Shown here in pieces: positions 1 through 8,927 of a stretch of 43,925 nt of DNA; within the stretch, counting starts at the first letter, position 1; the number at the start of each line of letters is the position of its first letter. Source of the stretch: Coriobacteriales bacterium (GTDB lineage: Bacteria > Actinomycetota > Coriobacteriia > Coriobacteriales > Atopobiaceae); assembly GCA_030533135.1 (NCBI GenBank), contig JAUNJR010000002.1:1-43925 (forward strand), written 5' to 3'. The translations under genes were made by a program, and so were the position numbers. Under the pieces are notes generated by a model. It saw nothing but the letters and a program-made list of their open reading frames with translations. It searched no databases and was not told the origin of the DNA.

Positions 1-75
1 GGTGGGCCCAGAGGGATTCGAACCCCCAACCCAGGGATTATGAGTCCCCTGCGCTGACCGTTGCGCCATAGGCCC
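1..75 (-). tRNA. tRNA-Met (anticodon CAT); elongator type or lysidine-type tRNA-Ile2; terminal CCA cut by window edge
   Basis: The reverse complement folds as a cloverleaf: acceptor GGGCCTA/TGGGCCC, D-stem GCGC/GCGC, anticodon loop CTCATAA and T-arm GGGGG-TTCGAAT-CCCTC. The anticodon stem lacks the three consecutive G:C pairs of initiator tRNA. Confidence 0.85.
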
Positions 76-156
76 GTCGAAGGCATCAGTTACCTTACCA
101 CGAAACGTTCCGTGGGGCTAGCATCACGACGACGTGAAGTACCACCTCAACACAAT

Positions 157-184
157 AAAAAAGACGCCCTCATAAGAAGGCGTC
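157..184 (-). terminator. Rho-independent terminator downstream of tRNA-Ala
   Basis: On the minus strand, stem GACGCCTTC / GAGGGCGTC (9 bp, one G-U) with loop TTAT is followed by TTTTTT. Confidence 0.75.
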
Positions 185-193
185 CGGAAGATT

Positions 194-269
194 TGGTGGA
201 GAATAGGGGGATCGAACCCCTGACCTCATGACTGCCAGTCATGCGCTCTCCCAGCTGAGCTAATTCCCC
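194..269 (-). tRNA. tRNA-Ala (anticodon GGC)
   Basis: The reverse complement is GGGGAATTAGCTCAGCTGGGAGAGCGC...ATTCTCCACCA. It has the G3:U70 alanine identity pair, anticodon loop CTGGCAG and an encoded CCA. Confidence 0.95.
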
Positions 270-342
270 GTGGGTTGGTGCGGCAATTAATATACCAGAC
301 TGAAATTCTCGGTCAAGAACTTTTTTTGTTCACTACACTTAT

Positions 343-774
343 GTGTGGAGAATGCGTGCATCGTTTCTATCCGAGCCTTCTACAGATTGGATTGACATGA
401 ACAAGATTATGAAAAACCTCAAGCTTGCGTGCATCGCCTGCCTGTTCTTGGGTCTCGCGGCTTTGATCGTAGGCGTGGTTTCGGGCATCTCGACCGTCTT
501 TGATACTGACGCCATTGCCACCGTAGCATGCGGACTTGGCTCTGCTCCGGCTGGTGCGCAATCCTCGCGTTTGGCCAACGTTCCGTCAAATGCCGCTCAG
601 GTGAGGGCTATTTCGCTAGTCATCCTGCTGGGAACCACGGTCTTTGCAGTAGCAGCGTATATGCTGGGCAACCCAACACCGCTGCAGCTTGGCGCCTTTG
701 CATTGGTCTGGATTGCGGCGTTGCTCATGGCGATCTTTTCGCACCAAGAGGTTAAGCAGTTGGAGCGCGTGTAG
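343..774 (+). CDS. Small hydrophobic membrane protein, function unknown (start uncertain; ATG at 397 or 409 also possible)
   Basis: ORF with three or four hydrophobic helices (LACIACLFLGLAALIVGVV, AISLVILLGTTVFAVAAYML, LGAFALVWIAALLMAIF). I recognise no family. Confidence 0.5.
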   Translation: MWRMRASFLSEPSTDWIDMNKIMKNLKLACIACLFLGLAALIVGVVSGISTVFDTDAIATVACGLGSAPAGAQSSRLANVPSNAAQVRAISLVILLGTTVFAVAAYMLGNPTPLQLGAFALVWIAALLMAIFSHQEVKQLERV

Positions 775-841
775 TCTTCACGATATCGGCGCAAGTTTTT
801 AGTGCACCCGCGCCAAAGTTCTGCTACCATACCTTCTGCAC

Positions 842-916
842 GGGCGATTGGCTCAGGGGTAGAGCACATCCTTCACACGGATGGGGTCGCTGGTTCGAAT
901 CCAGCATCGCCCACCA
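842..916 (+). tRNA. tRNA-Val (anticodon CAC)
   Basis: Acceptor GGGCGAT/ATCGCCC, anticodon stem-loop CATCC-TTCACAC-GGATG, T-arm GCTGG-TTCGAAT-CCAGC and an encoded CCA. Confidence 0.95.
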
Positions 917-926
917 AGAACTTCCG

Positions 927-955
927 AGGTCGGAGCAAATGCTCCGACCTTTTTT
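927..955 (+). terminator. Rho-independent terminator after tRNA-Val
   Basis: Stem AGGTCGGAGC / GCTCCGACCT (10 bp) with loop AAAT, followed by TTTTT. Confidence 0.85.
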
Positions 956-990
956 GTTAAACGTGCCGCTATTGAGCCGCTAAGGTTCCG

Positions 991-1133
991 CTGCGACGCA
1001 CCTTTCGGATGGCCCGAAAGCCGTGACGCCACCAAGCCACAATGCGACGCTCCTTTCGGATGGCCCGAAAGGTGCGATGTAATCGCAGCCATTTGCATCA
1101 TGACTTTCGGAAAGCCCGAAAACTGTGACGCTA
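991..1133. repeat. Three tandem degenerate 51-bp units, each carrying a CTTTCGG-N5-CCGAAAG hairpin
   Basis: Hairpin left arms start at 1002, 1053 and 1104, an exact 51-bp period. Units 1 and 2 share TGCGACGCNCCTTTCGGATGGCCCGAAAG. Unit 3 is degenerate (ACTTTCGGAAAGCCCGAAAA). Confidence 0.75.
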
Positions 1134-1391
1134 TATCGTCTCATCAAGTCGAGCCAAACCCGCGATGGCGTCGATATGCTCGTCTGGAGCCTCCATCACG
1201 TTCCAACACAGCGCCACGCCCTCGAATGCGTAATCCCGCACAGCGGCTAACGACTCGCGTACATATTTTGCATCGGTGCGTGCGATGTCAGCCAGATAAT
1301 TCACCTCTATGCCAGGGTATCGCTCGCACGAGACCTTGCTTACCGCCTCACGTTGCCGTGCCTTGCTTAGGCCTGAGACAATCTTATCAAG
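1134..1391 (-). pseudogene. 86-codon open frame without an ATG start, directly in frame behind the pfkB stop codon; possible gene remnant
   Basis: My own translation of the minus strand gives LDKIVSGLSKARQREAVSKVSCERYPGIEVNYLADIARTDAKYVRESLAAVRDYAFEGVALCWNVMEAPDEHIDAIAGLARLDETI, then stop (TAG at 1131-1133). The only in-frame candidate start is a GTG at codon 30. I recognise no family. Confidence 0.3.
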
Positions 1392-2309
1392 TTAGTCAAC
1401 CACGGTAACGTGAATCTGCTTTTCGAGCTCATCTACCAGTGCCAGGTCTCCGATGCCGGCGCCCATCGCTACGTTTCCGCCGGTCGCCATGGCCTTCGTA
1501 AGTGCTGGAACCACCGCATCGCGATCGTCGTACCACACGGAGAGGAACGCGGCCAAGCTCGCATCTCCAGCGCAGGTCGTCGAATACATCTTTACCTTTG
1601 CCGCGTTCGCGTAATACACATGCGCGTCGTCAAGGAAGTAGGCGCCATTGCCGCCAAGCGTGCACAGGATGTTGCGCGCACCACGTTCGTGTACCTTGTG
1701 CAGCGCGCGGACAATTGCCTGAGGCGAGTCGACATCTACGCCAAAGATCTCGTTGATCTCCTCATCATTGGGCTTGATAAGCAGCGGCTCGTACGCAACA
1801 AGGTCTGCGAGGTGCGGGTCGGACACGTCAAGTATGAAGTCAACGCCCTTGCGCTGGCACAAGCGCGCGACCTCATCGTAGTAGCTGGTCTCCATCAGAG
1901 GCGCGAGCGACCCAGACACGATGAGCAGGCTGAGGTCTTCGGCACCGTTAATGATGTCAAGCATCTCGAGCTGCTTGTCACGCGGCACGGGCGCTCCAGC
2001 ATTCGGCATCACATACTCGTCGTCTCCAGCGTTAATGAACACGTTCACGCGCGTGATGCCCTCGATATCAATTGCTTTGACCGTGCAGAATTTCGAGACT
2101 TCCTGCTTGAGCCATTCCCCGGTGAACCCACCGAAGAACCCCAGGGCTGTGGATGGCAGTCCATAGTGATCGAGCACGTATGATACGTTCACGCCCTTGC
2201 CAGTGGGAATGTACACGGCGTCCCGCGTGCGCGAAACCCGATTTGGTTGCAGCTTGTCGCAATGCACCACCATGTCGATGGCGGGATTGGTCGTCAGCGT
2301 GTAAATCAT
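1392..2309 (-). CDS. pfkB: 1-phosphofructokinase-family (PfkB) hexose-phosphate kinase
   Basis: The N-terminus MIYTLTTNPAIDM is typical of FruK/LacC-type kinases. The protein has a PfkB-type TLGGNGA segment and a C-terminal ATGGNVAMGAG anion-hole-like segment. It is 305 aa from the ATG at 2309 (RBS GGGGAAGGGG). The 60 upstream codons of the listed ORF were trimmed. Confidence 0.85.
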   Translation of the reverse strand: MIYTLTTNPAIDMVVHCDKLQPNRVSRTRDAVYIPTGKGVNVSYVLDHYGLPSTALGFFGGFTGEWLKQEVSKFCTVKAIDIEGITRVNVFINAGDDEYVMPNAGAPVPRDKQLEMLDIINGAEDLSLLIVSGSLAPLMETSYYDEVARLCQRKGVDFILDVSDPHLADLVAYEPLLIKPNDEEINEIFGVDVDSPQAIVRALHKVHERGARNILCTLGGNGAYFLDDAHVYYANAAKVKMYSTTCAGDASLAAFLSVWYDDRDAVVPALTKAMATGGNVAMGAGIGDLALVDELEKQIHVTVVD

Positions 2310-2482
2310 CGCGTGCCCCTTCCCCTTGCGCCAAAACGCCTTCTCCACGCGTACTGAGAGCACCAAGCTTATGATAACAAGCTGATCGGTCCCGCTGTGC
2401 ATCGTCCAGCAGTACCGTAGCTGACAACGTTGATGGCAGTGGCGCCGCTTCGCCCCGACCTGATTGCCCGATTCGCATGACT

Positions 2483-2511
2483 GGGACAAAGGGGAGTATC
2501 CCCTTCGTCCC
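2483..2511. repeat. Palindromic intergenic element (family copy 1), GGGACAAAGGGGA-GTA-TCCCCTTCGTCCC
   Basis: 13-bp arms with one mismatch, lying between the acyltransferase stop (2524) and the pfkB upstream region. The core AAGGGGAGTATCCC recurs at 41334-41393, and a related core at 37137-37165. Confidence 0.7.
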
Positions 2512-2523
2512 AGGGCTCATCGG

Positions 2524-4464
2524 CTACTCGCCGCAGATGCAGTAGCGCAGCATGTAGACGTAGGCCTCAGCGCCTTCGGGACGCAGATGGGTGCCATCAT
2601 CCCAAAAGTACTCGTCGTGGCCCTCGCTCCAGCTGTACCAGTCAATGACCTCGACGTTGTCATAGTTGGCAGCAACCGTGTAGAACAACTCGTTGTTCAT
2701 GTCCTGCAAGGGGAGCGGAACGCGGGCCGTGACCAGGTACACCTTGCGGTTACCAGCAGACTTGACCATGTTCACGACGTCATCCTCGTTGGCAACACCG
2801 TTGTCACCACACGAGAAGACGACGATAGACTGGTTGTATCCGTAGCTCTGGTCAGCGAGGTAGACATCTGCGGCATCATAGAGCTGTCGTCCGACGACGG
2901 CATCGATATAGCCGTTGGGGAAAACCTCGTAGAACTGATCGACCGCGCCTGCCGGAACCGAATCTCCGATGAGGATGACCGGCGCATCGGTGACGCCAGT
3001 TTCTGGGTCCACAGTCCACGTTGTGTCACGAAGCAGAAGTTGTAGATGTTCAGAGGCCTTGTTGATGGCATCAGACACACTGAGCGATGGCTCCTGAGGA
3101 GCTTCCGGCGTCGGTGCGACCGGTGCCGTTGACTCCGTTTGCGTCGTGTCGGTGGCCTGAAGAAGCGCGCCATCCTGATACCAGAACGGCCCAACGTAAG
3201 TCAGCCCACCACCAACACCGGCAACAACCATCAAGATGACGATGCCCACCCAAGAGGGAATTCCCTCGGGCACCCTGCGCTCCGTATCGGCGCTGTGGGA
3301 CGCGGACCGCTTTGGTGAAAACAGCGCAGCGATCGGTTCCTCGACAAGCCTCCAGGAGAGCTCGACAGCCAGCCCGATGACGCATGCTTCGAGCACCCAG
3401 CCCCAGAACGGGACCTGCGTGGTGCGGGTTGCGGGATTCATAACCAGAAGCAGAGGATAGTGCCAGAGGTAGATGCCGAAGGAACGCTTTGCCACCTCGA
3501 CGAGAGGGCGCAATCCAAGAGGCCTCGCTAGCAGACTGCCCGGCCTCACGATGGCTGCGATGACGATTGCCGTCAGAATCGACACACCCAGAAGCCCACC
3601 GCGATAGAGCAGGGGAGAGTAGCCGTTCATGATGCGGCAGAGCCAACCAATCGCCCCGAGCGCAAGCAATCCTAAGATGTCGGTGACTATGGTGTTCTTG
3701 GTCCCGCCAAGGCGTTCAGCAAGCGCTTTGCCTGCCCCAAACAGTCCGTCGGTCGGCCAGACAAAAGCCAGCCACGCACCAATGAGAATCTCGGCAAAGC
3801 GCGTGTCAGTACCGTAATACACACGGCTGGGATCGCCAGACGGACTGAACAGCACCGCAGCCAAAACTGCAGATATCAGAGCCATAACGCCAATGGCACG
3901 TGCCTGAATCCTGCGCGAAGGGATGGTGCGTGTCAGCAGCAGAACGACCCAAGGCCATATGAAGTAGAACTGCACAATAACCGACAGGAACCAGAAGTGC
4001 GTAAGCGGAGAGGGAAGACCCGATGCGGCAAAGTAGCTCTGTTTGCGAACGATGTAGTACCAGTTCTCCCAGAAGGTAAGCGCGGGGATTGCGTCACCAC
4101 GCATCTTGGCCAGCAAGCTTGGTGAAAAGATGGCGCACAGGATGGCACTTGCGCCGACTACCAAGATCATGAGCGGCCACAGGCGCAGTAACCGACGCTT
4201 ATAGAAACCAATGACGTCAATTGACCCCTCGGTGCGTTTGACCTCGCGTAACAGCGCATCGGTAATGAGGTAACCAGACAGCGTGAAGAAGACCGTTACG
4301 CCCAGGAAGCCACCCGGCAACCACTTCACGTTGGCGTGGTAAACCACAATGGCAAGCATGGCCAGCACACGTAGACCGTCAAGGGCGGTCACACGTCGCG
4401 CGGGGCGGTTCTGTCGACGACGCCTCCTCGTAAGGGGAGGCTGTTCAGTAGTAAATCGCGGCAT
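2524..4464 (-). CDS. Acyltransferase family 3 (OafA-like) membrane O-acyltransferase with C-terminal SGNH/GDSL-like domain
   Basis: The N-terminus LDGLRVLAMLAIVVYH is followed by about 10 hydrophobic helices. The C-terminal soluble part has ILIGDSV (GDS motif) and a DDGTHLRPEG (DxxH-like) block. I chose the ATG at 4464 because the longer ORF overlaps the divergent ABC-F start. Confidence 0.85.
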   Translation of the reverse strand: MPRFTTEQPPLTRRRRRQNRPARRVTALDGLRVLAMLAIVVYHANVKWLPGGFLGVTVFFTLSGYLITDALLREVKRTEGSIDVIGFYKRRLLRLWPLMILVVGASAILCAIFSPSLLAKMRGDAIPALTFWENWYYIVRKQSYFAASGLPSPLTHFWFLSVIVQFYFIWPWVVLLLTRTIPSRRIQARAIGVMALISAVLAAVLFSPSGDPSRVYYGTDTRFAEILIGAWLAFVWPTDGLFGAGKALAERLGGTKNTIVTDILGLLALGAIGWLCRIMNGYSPLLYRGGLLGVSILTAIVIAAIVRPGSLLARPLGLRPLVEVAKRSFGIYLWHYPLLLVMNPATRTTQVPFWGWVLEACVIGLAVELSWRLVEEPIAALFSPKRSASHSADTERRVPEGIPSWVGIVILMVVAGVGGGLTYVGPFWYQDGALLQATDTTQTESTAPVAPTPEAPQEPSLSVSDAINKASEHLQLLLRDTTWTVDPETGVTDAPVILIGDSVPAGAVDQFYEVFPNGYIDAVVGRQLYDAADVYLADQSYGYNQSIVVFSCGDNGVANEDDVVNMVKSAGNRKVYLVTARVPLPLQDMNNELFYTVAANYDNVEVIDWYSWSEGHDEYFWDDGTHLRPEGAEAYVYMLRYCICGE

Positions 4465-4667
4465 GACGCTCCTGCCGTGAGGTATCAGATTCCAGTTAGC
4501 ATAAAGATAGCGCTTATTGACCCGGTCGGAGTGGAGAAGACTGGGAATCCTTTGCAGGTTGAGGGCGTTATGAGTGTGCGGGGTATACTTGATTGTCTGG
4601 TACGTTTGGCATGGCGGTGACAGGATTGCGCTTTCACCGCATTTCGATTTGAAACGAGGACGGTTAC

Positions 4668-6647
4668 GTGATAGCCCTCGCTGACAAGATAACGAAGTCG
4701 TTTGGCGGACAGGTCCTGTATACACAGGCTACGCTGCAGCTAAACGCTGGCGAGCGCTGGGGTCTCGTCGGCCCCAATGGTGCTGGCAAGACCACGCTCC
4801 TGCGCATCATCATGGGTGAGGAGCAAGCCGATGAGGGCACCGTGTTCTTTGCTCGTGACATCACCATTGGATATCTGGAGCAAGAGACGCACCTTGCGGG
4901 CGAGAAGAGCGCCCTTGATGAGGTCGTAGACTCCGCAACTGAGATTCGGCAGCTTGAGGCGCGCATCGAGGAGATGGAGCGCCATATCTCTGATGCAAGC
5001 GAAGGCCCTGCCTTCGAGGCGCTGCTCGAGCGCTATGGCGCCGCGACGGATCGCTTCGAGCGCCTGGGCGGCTATGAGCTGCATGCCCGCGCACGCCAGA
5101 TCCTGAGCGGACTGGGCTTCCCCGTCGAGGACTTTGACAAGCCCGCCAAGGAGTTCTCGGGTGGTTGGCAGATGCGCATCGCGCTCGCAAAGCTGCTGCT
5201 TCGCCATCCCGACTTGTTGCTCCTCGACGAGCCGACCAATCACCTGGACCTCGAGAGCGTACGGTGGCTGGAGTCGTTCCTTTCCACCTACGATGGAGCC
5301 GTGCTGCTGGTCAGCCACGACCGTGCGTTTATGGACGCCTGCGTGAGCCACATTGCTGCGCTCGAGAACCGTCGCCTGACGACCTACACGGGCAACTACA
5401 GCAGCTACCTGAAGCAGCGCGAGGACAACCTTGCGCAGCTGAAGGCCAAGCGCGCAGCACAAGAGCGCGACATCCAGCACATGGAGGTCTTCATCGACCG
5501 CTTCCGCTATAAGCCCACGAAGGCCAAGCAGGTGCAGGAGCGTGTGAAGCGCCTCGAGAAAATCAAGAGCGAACTGGTCGTGCTACCCGAGCAGTCAAAG
5601 AAGGTACACTTCCGCTTCCCCGAGCCTCCGCGTACAGGTGACATGGTCGTCACGCTCGACGATGTGGCCAAGGCATACGGCGACAACCTCGTTTACGAGG
5701 GAGTCTCCCTGAAGCTCTATCGCGGTGACCGTGTTGTGCTGGTTGGCCCTAACGGCGCCGGCAAGTCGACGCTCATGAAGCTGATTACGGGCATCGAGCC
5801 GACAACGCGTGGCCAGGTCGAGCTTGGGCAGAATGTGACACGTGCCTACTACGCGCAGCATCAGCTCGAGACCCTCAACACGGGGAACACGGTTATTGGT
5901 GAGATGGACGAAGTGGCACCTGGCTGGACCTCGTCGGAGGAGCGCCAGCTTCTGGGCGCCTTCCTGTTCCACGGTGATGACGTGCTCAAGCGCGTCTCCG
6001 TGCTCTCTGGTGGCGAGCGTGCACGTTTGGCGCTCGCAAAGATGCTCGTTGCACCCGATCCTCTGCTTTGTCTCGACGAGCCCACCAACCACCTGGACAT
6101 CGAGTCGGTGGACGTTCTTGAGAAGGCACTGTCATCCTTTGCGGGGACCATCGTCCTTATCAGCCATGACGAGCACCTCGTGCGTGCCATGGCAAACAAG
6201 GTCATCGACGTGCGCGACCATACCGTCACGGTATATGAGGGTGACTACGACTACTACCTATGGAAGCGCGCCGAACTCGAAGGTCGTCTGGCTGAGGAGG
6301 CCGCAGCGACGAGTCCAACGGCAAATGTTGAGGCCGAAGCGGCAAAGCCGGTTGGTCGCAACATCAAAACCAAGGAACAGAAGCGTGCAGAGGCGGAGGC
6401 CCGGCAGGCTGCAGCAAAGCTGCTCAAGGAGGAGCGTCGCCGCCTCAAGGAGATAGAGGCCGCACTTGAGCCCATGCGCAAACGATACGACGAGCTCATG
6501 ACCCTCATGGCATCAGAAGAGCTCTATGCAGACACCAACAGCTTTGACAAGGCCATGCGCGAGTACCAGGCTCTGTCACAAAAGATTCCCGCCCTTGAGG
6601 AGGAGTGGCTCGAGCTGACGGCCGTCGTTGAGGAGGCGTTGTCATGA
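4668..6647 (+). CDS. ABC-F family ATPase (two ABC cassettes, no transmembrane domain, C-terminal coiled-coil tail)
   Basis: Walker A is GPNGAGKT and GPNGAGKS, the signatures are FSGGWQMR and LSGGERAR, and Walker B is [12 protein letters not shown] and [13 protein letters not shown] charged linker separates the cassettes and the tail is Lys/Glu/Ala-rich. GTG start with GAGGA RBS. Confidence 0.9.
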   Translation: MIALADKITKSFGGQVLYTQATLQLNAGERWGLVGPNGAGKTTLLRIIMGEEQADEGTVFFARDITIGYLEQETHLAGEKSALDEVVDSATEIRQLEARIEEMERHISDASEGPAFEALLERYGAATDRFERLGGYELHARARQILSGLGFPVEDFDKPAKEFSGGWQMRIALAKLLLRHPDLLLLDEPTNHLDLESVRWLESFLSTYDGAVLLVSHDRAFMDACVSHIAALENRRLTTYTGNYSSYLKQREDNLAQLKAKRAAQERDIQHMEVFIDRFRYKPTKAKQVQERVKRLEKIKSELVVLPEQSKKVHFRFPEPPRTGDMVVTLDDVAKAYGDNLVYEGVSLKLYRGDRVVLVGPNGAGKSTLMKLITGIEPTTRGQVELGQNVTRAYYAQHQLETLNTGNTVIGEMDEVAPGWTSSEERQLLGAFLFHGDDVLKRVSVLSGGERARLALAKMLVAPDPLLCLDEPTNHLDIESVDVLEKALSSFAGTIVLISHDEHLVRAMANKVIDVRDHTVTVYEGDYDYYLWKRAELEGRLAEEAAATSPTANVEAEAAKPVGRNIKTKEQKRAEAEARQAAAKLLKEERRRLKEIEAALEPMRKRYDELMTLMASEELYADTNSFDKAMREYQALSQKIPALEEEWLELTAVVEEALS

Positions 6648-7399
6648 CGTCACCGCAAGATACTTTGACCCAATGGGATGATGACGCCGATAAGACGAGA
6701 GCACTGCAGTCGCTGGACATGCTCTCTGAGCAGCCAACGGAGGAAGGAAATCCCTGGGCAGTTCCCGACACCACACCAGCTGCGACAACCGTCATGGAAG
6801 GCACGCGTCAACAGGTGACGCCAATTGGGACGCAAACCATGGATGTCGAAGTCATCGGACCGACGGTCGCTGAGATGCCGCCGACGGTGCCGCGTCAGGA
6901 TACCAAGCAGACCGTGCTTCGCCGCAAGCAGGCCACCCGTCGCGCCGAGGCGGATGACGGGCGGGTACTGCATAGAAGGAAGCGTTCTAGAAGAGCCGCT
7001 CAGCCCGTCAATGCGATTCCATCCCAACCGTATGCAGACGGAAGTGTTCCTGGCGCCTCGGCAACGGGAACCATCGCTTCTCGCCCCCCGAGGAAAAGGC
7101 CACACCTCCTGCTCCTCATGTTTGTACTTCTGCTGCGCCTTACCGCAATGGCTCTTTGCGCACTCGTTGTGGTGCTTGCGGTTCCCGCACTCGGTGAACA
7201 GCTGGGTGACAGGCTCTCCCTCATGCGGATAGCGACAGCCGTTGGCTCGCTCATTCCTTCACAGCTCTCGGGACTCGTGGTCATCGCCACGCCATTTGGT
7301 GGGGCCTTCCGTGGTGACTTTGCCGGTACGGCATTTTGTCTGTATGTGATTGACTGGCTTCTCACCAGGTTGCGCTTTCGCCTGAGGCATGCGTACTAG
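6644..7399 (+). CDS. Hypothetical protein: long disordered, basic N-terminal region plus C-terminal transmembrane segments
   Basis: The ATG overlaps the ABC-F stop (ATGA). The C-terminal hydrophobic stretches are [26 protein letters not shown] and [10 protein letters not shown]...[10 protein letters not shown]. No family recognised. Confidence 0.55.
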   Translation: MTSPQDTLTQWDDDADKTRALQSLDMLSEQPTEEGNPWAVPDTTPAATTVMEGTRQQVTPIGTQTMDVEVIGPTVAEMPPTVPRQDTKQTVLRRKQATRRAEADDGRVLHRRKRSRRAAQPVNAIPSQPYADGSVPGASATGTIASRPPRKRPHLLLLMFVLLLRLTAMALCALVVVLAVPALGEQLGDRLSLMRIATAVGSLIPSQLSGLVVIATPFGGAFRGDFAGTAFCLYVIDWLLTRLRFRLRHAY

Positions 7400-7407
7400 G
7401 GGGAGCC

Positions 7408-8118
7408 ATGAGATTTCAGTTCGACATGATTGACATCGCCATCAAGCTCCTTGCCGTTGGCCTCGTCATTTTCTCTGCATCGTTTCATGAGTTTGGCCAT
7501 GCGTATGCGGCGCATCGCTGTGGCGACGACACGGCCAAAGAGGCTGGACGCATGACGGCCAACCCCCTGGCACATATCGACCCCTTTGGCTCCGTGCTCC
7601 TGCCCGTCCTGTGCGTCATGTCTGGCTTTGGGTATCTCGCATATGCCAAGCCAGTACCGTACAACCCGTGGCGTCTTCGTCACCCCGAGCGCGACGAAGT
7701 CATTGTGGCTATCGCCGGCCCTGCAGCCAACATCATCCAGGCGCTGGTTGGCGCGCTTGCCTACCATGCCTGCCTGCGCATTATGTACGGAACGCCAGAA
7801 TGGCCGTACTACCTCTACTACCTTGAGGCTGACGTGCTGTCCTGGTTGCCCCTGGCTCTGCAGTTGTACATCCAGGTGAACTGCTCGCTTGCCTTCTTCA
7901 ACCTGCTGCCCATACCACCGCTCGACGGATCGAAGCTCCTCCTGCCGTTTTTCAAAGGCGCCTCCCGCGATCGGTATTACCAGATTCAACGCTACGCGCT
8001 CCCGGTGACCATGGCTCTGATTTGGTTCGGCCCCGAAATCCTGGGCATCGACCCCATTGGTGCCTGGCTTGACTTCACAGCAGGCAATTTGTCCGACTTC
8101 CTGATGGGGTGGGCATAG
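7408..8118 (+). CDS. Site-2 protease family (peptidase M50) membrane metalloprotease
   Basis: HEFGH (HExxH) sits in the first membrane helix and is followed by NPLAHIDPFGS. The downstream NLLPIPPLDGSK matches the M50 LDG motif. Confidence 0.85.
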   Translation: MRFQFDMIDIAIKLLAVGLVIFSASFHEFGHAYAAHRCGDDTAKEAGRMTANPLAHIDPFGSVLLPVLCVMSGFGYLAYAKPVPYNPWRLRHPERDEVIVAIAGPAANIIQALVGALAYHACLRIMYGTPEWPYYLYYLEADVLSWLPLALQLYIQVNCSLAFFNLLPIPPLDGSKLLLPFFKGASRDRYYQIQRYALPVTMALIWFGPEILGIDPIGAWLDFTAGNLSDFLMGWA

Positions 8119-8927
8119 TGAGCTACCGAGTCAAGACACAGGCGTACAGCGGGCCCTTTGACCTGCTGTTGCAGTTGGTGAGTCGCCAAAAGGTAGATAT
8201 TGGGCAAGTGGCTATCGCTCAAGTTGCGGATCAGTACCTTACCGAGGTCGACGCCATGGGCGAGCTTGACCTTGACGTAGCCAGCGACTTTTTGCTGGTT
8301 GCTTCCACGCTTCTTGAAATCAAGGCTGCTTCACTTGTGCCCGACGACGAACCTCGACGTCTCAATGATGACGACGAAGAAGACGACCTAGCGGAACTGA
8401 CGCCCGACCAGGCACGCGAGGTACTCATTGCCCGCCTTATCGCTTACAAGCAGTTCCGAAATGCAGGAACCGCCCTGGGCAGCCGTATGGAGGCAGAAGC
8501 CCTCATGGTGCCCCGCACAGTCGGTCCTGACCCTGAGTTCTACGACCTCATGCCGGACTACCTGCAGGGAATCACACTCAGATCTCTGGCGGTCATTTGC
8601 GCTGACCTTGACAGCCGTCGCGAGAGCCTCCTTTTGGAGGCAGAACACGTCGCTCCACGTAGAGCACCCATCGCTCTTACGGTTGCCTCGGTTGACCGCA
8701 TGACAAGGTCACATCCAATACTGACCTTTACCGAGCTTCTTGACGGTCAGCATGCGCCGGAAGTCATCGTCGCAACGTTCCTGGCGGTTCTGGAGCTCTA
8801 CAAACGCGGGTCAATCCGCGTAACGCAGTCGCATGCGTTTGGTGAGATAGATATCGCTCGAGTTGAGGGCGCGCCAGCTTTCGAGTTGGATGACACGGAG
8901 ATAACGAGCATTGAGGAGGATGCCTGA
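8109..8927 (+). CDS. scpA: Segregation and condensation protein A
   Basis: YSGPFDLLLQLVSRQKVDI and a C-terminal winged-helix block (FLAVLELYKRGSIRVTQ) are typical of ScpA. GTG start at 8109 (an alternative GTG lies at 8118). The gene is followed by scpB. Confidence 0.9.
   Translation: MGIVSYRVKTQAYSGPFDLLLQLVSRQKVDIGQVAIAQVADQYLTEVDAMGELDLDVASDFLLVASTLLEIKAASLVPDDEPRRLNDDDEEDDLAELTPDQAREVLIARLIAYKQFRNAGTALGSRMEAEALMVPRTVGPDPEFYDLMPDYLQGITLRSLAVICADLDSRRESLLLEAEHVAPRRAPIALTVASVDRMTRSHPILTFTELLDGQHAPEVIVATFLAVLELYKRGSIRVTQSHAFGEIDIARVEGAPAFELDDTEITSIEEDA

Noticed and set aside
1-75. The CAT-anticodon tRNA as initiator tRNA-fMet.
   Set aside because: The anticodon stem has an A31:U39 pair instead of three consecutive G:C pairs, and position 1:72 is a normal G:C pair. 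It is an elongator tRNA-Met or tRNA-Ile2.
991-1133. Possible miniature CRISPR array.
   Set aside because: There are only three units. The spacers are ~15-20 nt and related to each other, the repeats are degenerate, and there are no cas genes in the window.
881-1408. 175-aa plus-strand ORF with a repeated CDAPFGWPE peptide.
   Set aside because: It starts inside tRNA-Val and runs through its terminator. The peptide repeat is just the translation of the 51-bp hairpin repeats. There is no plausible start or RBS after the terminator.
4465-4725. N-terminal 87-codon extension of the acyltransferase ORF. Similar extensions occur on the pfkB, SIR2, der, DUF2207, coaBC, glpA-like and GH1 ORFs.
   Set aside because: The extensions lack homology-like sequence and overlap divergent neighbours or intergenic hairpins. 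Internal ATG codons with good RBS coincide with the conserved N-termini of the families.
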